This document shows, one piece after another, positions 59,938 through 64,000 of a stretch of 64,000 bases of DNA. The stretch's first letter is position 1, and every line of letters starts with the position of its first letter. The DNA is from Chrysomallon squamiferum. Taxonomy: Eukaryota > Animalia > Mollusca. The translations under genes and the position numbers were made by a program. The DNA lies in NCBI GenBank assembly GCA_012295275.1, contig CM022673.1:17422001-17486000 (forward strand). Reading direction: 5' to 3'. A model generated the notes under the pieces. It worked only from the letters and a program-made list of their open reading frames with translations, searched no databases and was not told the origin of the DNA.

Positions 59938-60356
59938 TTAAACAATTTAAACTTGGTAAAACGTTGACAATATAAATGACGTGTCGATGAACTAATAGGC
60001 TAACACATCGACAGTAAGGATTAAATATCGACAAAATAATAGGTTAAAGCGTCGACAGTGAGAATGTAATTTGGTAACTGATAAGCTGAAAGTATTTCGA
60101 TTGTGTGAATGTGATGTCGTAAAAATCACAATCTAATGAGGATGAAATGTCCATAAAACATCAAATTTGTACCGATGATAGTTTTTTTTTCTTGTAAATA
60201 TCTTTTAAAAATAATTTGTCAAATTTTAGATATACTAATTTATTGCTGTTATTATTGTTGTTATTTATTTATTATTGTTGTTGTCGTCATTATTATTATT
60301 ATTATTATCATCATCATCATCATTATTATTATTGCTGCTACTAGTACTACTACTAT

Positions 60357-60398
<42 letters not shown>

Positions 60399-60417
60399 CA
60401 CTGCTACTACTATTGTT
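59938..60417 (+). repeat. Local direct duplication, copy 1 (copy 2 at about 61209-61705; partial copy at about 60441-60570)
   Basis: 59961-60130 is nearly identical to 61247-61413 (offset 1286 bp at the start), and the downstream (TTA)/(ATC)/(ACT) microsatellite order is the same in both copies. Confidence 0.9.
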
Positions 60418-61208
60418 ATTTTATTCGAAAATCAAGCTAAAGAGGATGAAATGTCGATATAATAACAGATTTGTATCGATGATAGGTTGTGTTTTTTTTC
60501 TGTAAATATCTTTTAAAAATAATTTGTTAATTTTTAGATATACTAATTTATTGCTGATATTATTGTTATTATTTATTATATTTTATTTTATTTTATTTTA
60601 TTTTATTTTATTTTATTTTGTTTTGTTTTGTTTTGTTTTGTTTTGTTTTGATTTATATTATTTTATTTATTTTGTTTTAAATTTTTTATCGTTAATCTTT
60701 TTATTATTATTTATTTTTCAAAAGATGTTCGTCAATAGTTAAAGTTAAAAATGGTAATAATAATAACGACGACGACGACGACAACAACAACAACAACAAC
60801 AACAACAATAATAATAATAATAATAATAACAACAACAATAATGTACAACGATAAAACTGCATTGCAACATTTACAAACTAATTTTTAACCATCAAACATG
60901 ATTTTTGCACGTTAATTGTGATTAGTGACGTTTCAAGCATTTTTCCACAGTGACATAATAAAATGAAGAAATGTAATTTTTCATGACTTTTATACAATTA
61001 AATAAAGTTGGCACTGAGGCAGATTTTAGCATTTTGAAAAACAAAATACAAAAATATATTTTATTTTTATTTTTAATTGTAACAGAATTTTGTCGTCGAC
61101 GCATTTTTAATACCTTACTCGAGTTAATACTTCAGACAATGAGAACAAAAAAGAATGTACTTTACTCGGTTAAGACTAAATGTGTATTATTCTAATATGA
61201 TTAAATCG

Positions 61209-61616
61209 TAAACAGTTTACTACTTGAAAATGAAGAAGAAAAAAAAACGTTGACAATATAAATAACGTGTCGATGAACTAATAGGCTCACATCGACAGTA
61301 AGGATTAAATATCGACAAAATAATAGGTTAAAGCGTCGACAGTGAGAATGTAATTTGGTAACTGATAAGCTGAAAGTATTTCGATTGTGTGAATGTGATG
61401 TCGAAAAAATCACAGCTTAATAGTATGAAATGTCGATAAAACAACAAATTTGTATCGATGTTAATATTTATTTTTTCTGAAATATCTTTTAAAAATAATT
61501 TGTTAAATTTTAGATATACTAATTTATTGCTGTTATTATTGTTATTATTTATTTATTTGTTATTGTCATTATTATTATTATTATCATCGTCATCATCATT
61601 ATTATTATTGCTGCTG

Positions 61617-61665
<49 letters not shown>

Positions 61666-61705
61666 CACTACCACTACCATTGTTGGTACTGCTACTACTA
61701 TTGTT
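61209..61705 (+). repeat. Local direct duplication, copy 2
   Basis: Near-identical to 59938-60417 by direct reading. Confidence 0.9.
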
Positions 61706-62039
61706 GAATATATCATTGAATATACTGGTGTAAAAAAAAAAAATATATATATTGTTTAAACATCATTTATGTACAATCACCCATCAAATATTTTAAACAC
61801 GAATTATAGACATTCGCAATCGATTTCTTTTCTTTCTTTTAATGCCTTTTTTTTTATGTCCACTATCAAGTAAGTTTAAATAATGAAGTGACTGCAGCTG
61901 ACGTGCACGGTGATGTATGGCTGCTGAAAAGCTGCTTGACGCGCAATTACTAAAACTTTATAAGACGACGTGGTAAATCAATAAAACAAGAGACAAATAA
62001 AAACACGCTAATGAATCACGTGAAAACTTGTCACAATAT

Positions 62040-62620
62040 GCTGCGGGCACTGGGATGCGACAACACGTCTGCAAATTGGCGCCTAGCTCCGTATGCTCAC
62101 GTCTCGAGATGACAGTAATGGCCGCCAATCGACAATCACTTCCTAAATATACATTTATTTAATCCTTTACCTCTCTAAATTCAGACTTATTGGTTAAATC
62201 TCAATAATAATCATTTCTCTTGCGAGTTCTAAAAACAACCTGGCGGGTCCAAGTGAAGATTTTTCACTGCCATGTATTACAGTTAATTACGCTTTGACAC
62301 GGCTGTAAAATAATATCTTTTAGACTCTGTCTCGCCATCCAGTCTGTTTGGGCAGAAAATATCTGAAATAATCAATCATTCATTACATATTATCAAATTT
62401 CCTCTCATAATAAAACATACGGTGATAATCGGCAGTTTGTGGTCGTTCACGGTATCGTTGACGAACGAACAGACCACAGCCAATCGACTGGCTAATGGGC
62501 GGGTAAAGCTTTCGGAGTCCCTCGGTCTAGACGTGCGAGAATAACGTTCAGACGAGAATTCCTGATCGGGCACGTGGCGGAGCCGACTGGAACCGGAGAA
62601 GGCCGATTGACAGCGCTGGC
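62040..62620. promoter_or_regulatory. Downstream CpG-rich regulatory island with Smad composite sites, CCAAT and GC boxes
   Basis: TGCGAC-N5-GTCTG 62056-62071; TGGCGCC 62077-62083; AGAC-N5-CTCGCC-N5-GTCTG 62322-62346; GCCAATCGAC at 62124 and 62479; GGGCGGG 62497; CACGTG 62571. Confidence 0.45.
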
Positions 62621-62997
62621 CTTTCATTAGTATGTCATTATACACCGCTCCGGCACTTAATAATGCATTTTCTCTCGTGTTTGTCTGTCATCGCAATATT
62701 TCCTATCAACGCTATTGTTTAACTGAAAGTAAAAAGGCTGCAGCGAGTAATATGAACCGATATCGTTTTTCAAAATCGCGTCTGAACGAGACACAATGCA
62801 AAGAGTATGCAGATGGTGACGCGATAGCGATAAAGAAGAAATAATAATGCGAATTTTCTGCAAAGATAACAAAAGAAAGAAACGAAATGTAATCCCTTTA
62901 AATATACAGCCCGTCAAAAATATCCTTTCGTCTCATTTGTTCAGCAGCATATAAATAATTTTAACTTTATTATTCATTTTAGTATTTATTTGTTTGT

Positions 62998-63040
<43 letters not shown>

Positions 63041-63468
63041 TATTTATGAAAATAATGCTAATATTATTTTTTAACAAAAGTAATATATAGAATTGCTGTT
63101 AATGTTTTCGGTTATAAAGTTGAGTTTTTACAAATTTAAGTAATACCACGAGATTATAAATATTTAGAATATAATATCTTTTCTTCTTTACAATAAATAA
63201 ATAAATTTAAAATAGCTAACATAAAGGTATAAATTTCCGAAATATGTTCAAAAGAGACAGCATTAAACAAGAAACAAAAAATAATATAAATAAATAAGTC
63301 TGAAGGAAAGATAAAATATGTAGTTTTCCATTTTTATTCAATCCTGTAGTATTTTCGATAAAAAGAACAACAACTAAATAAATAAATAAACAAATAAATA
63401 AACGTTTATTTTCTTTTTCTTTTTCTTTTTTGTTTATATTTATTTTCTCTTTTTTTTTTTTTTTTTAT

Positions 63469-63501
<33 letters not shown>

Positions 63502-64000
63502 TGCTCTTAGTTCAGTAAACAGCTATCACATTTCAAAAAATAATTTTCAAAATCCTTGCCTGTGTACTTAATCTTGTCAAGAACTTGTTATATGTTGTGA
63601 ATATAATTTTATAGTTCCTTTTTTATGATATATTCAAAATGTCTAAGACTATTAAAAAATTTTCGACGGTATAACACAAAATGTAATACTTTCAAATTTT
63701 GTTTATCGCTCTGGTGATAAGATAACCTGAGTAATTTGTTTATATTTTTATTTGTACTACTGACTAATATTTGCTAAAAATAAAGTCTGGTAATAATATC
63801 AACGCATATATCTGCACACTAACATTTTAAACAGACTTCTTATGCTGAGTGTCATATCGTACAGAGAAATATTTTGAAATTTGGATGGCTTTACACACAT
63901 AAATACACAAAACACACACACACGCAACATGCATATACACACACACAGCTACAATCAAAAACACTCACCCACACCCACACCCACATTTCTTTAATAAAAT

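Overview
This is AT-rich, microsatellite-dense animal DNA, probably from an invertebrate; the repeat landscape looks mollusc or lophotrochozoan, but the sequence alone cannot prove that. It holds one well-supported protein-coding gene: a three-exon BAMBI (BMP and activin membrane-bound inhibitor) orthologue on the + strand, CDS join(22374..22431,45235..45549,55136..55581), 272 aa, with 22.8-kb and 9.6-kb phase-1 introns. Also present are an intact tRNA-Ala(UGC) gene (4314..4385, -), a Tc1/mariner-derived MITE with an orphan TIR nearby (about 8.4-8.8 kb), a probable orphan DNA-transposon end, a diverged inverted repeat pair (about 10.1-10.4 and 12.2-12.4 kb), a degenerate satellite and a local duplication downstream of the gene, and many microsatellites. 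Nearly all other ORFs in the supplied track are microsatellite or low-complexity artefacts. I found no demonstrably new biological system. The best leads concern BAMBI regulation: (1) recurring Smad composite elements with the 5-bp BMP-response-element spacing; (2) an in-frame ATG plus microsatellite-encoded poly-Ile leader directly before exon 2, downstream of a promoter-like module; (3) a 59-aa uORF ending 1 nt before the start codon. All motif searches and alignments were done by eye and are hypotheses.
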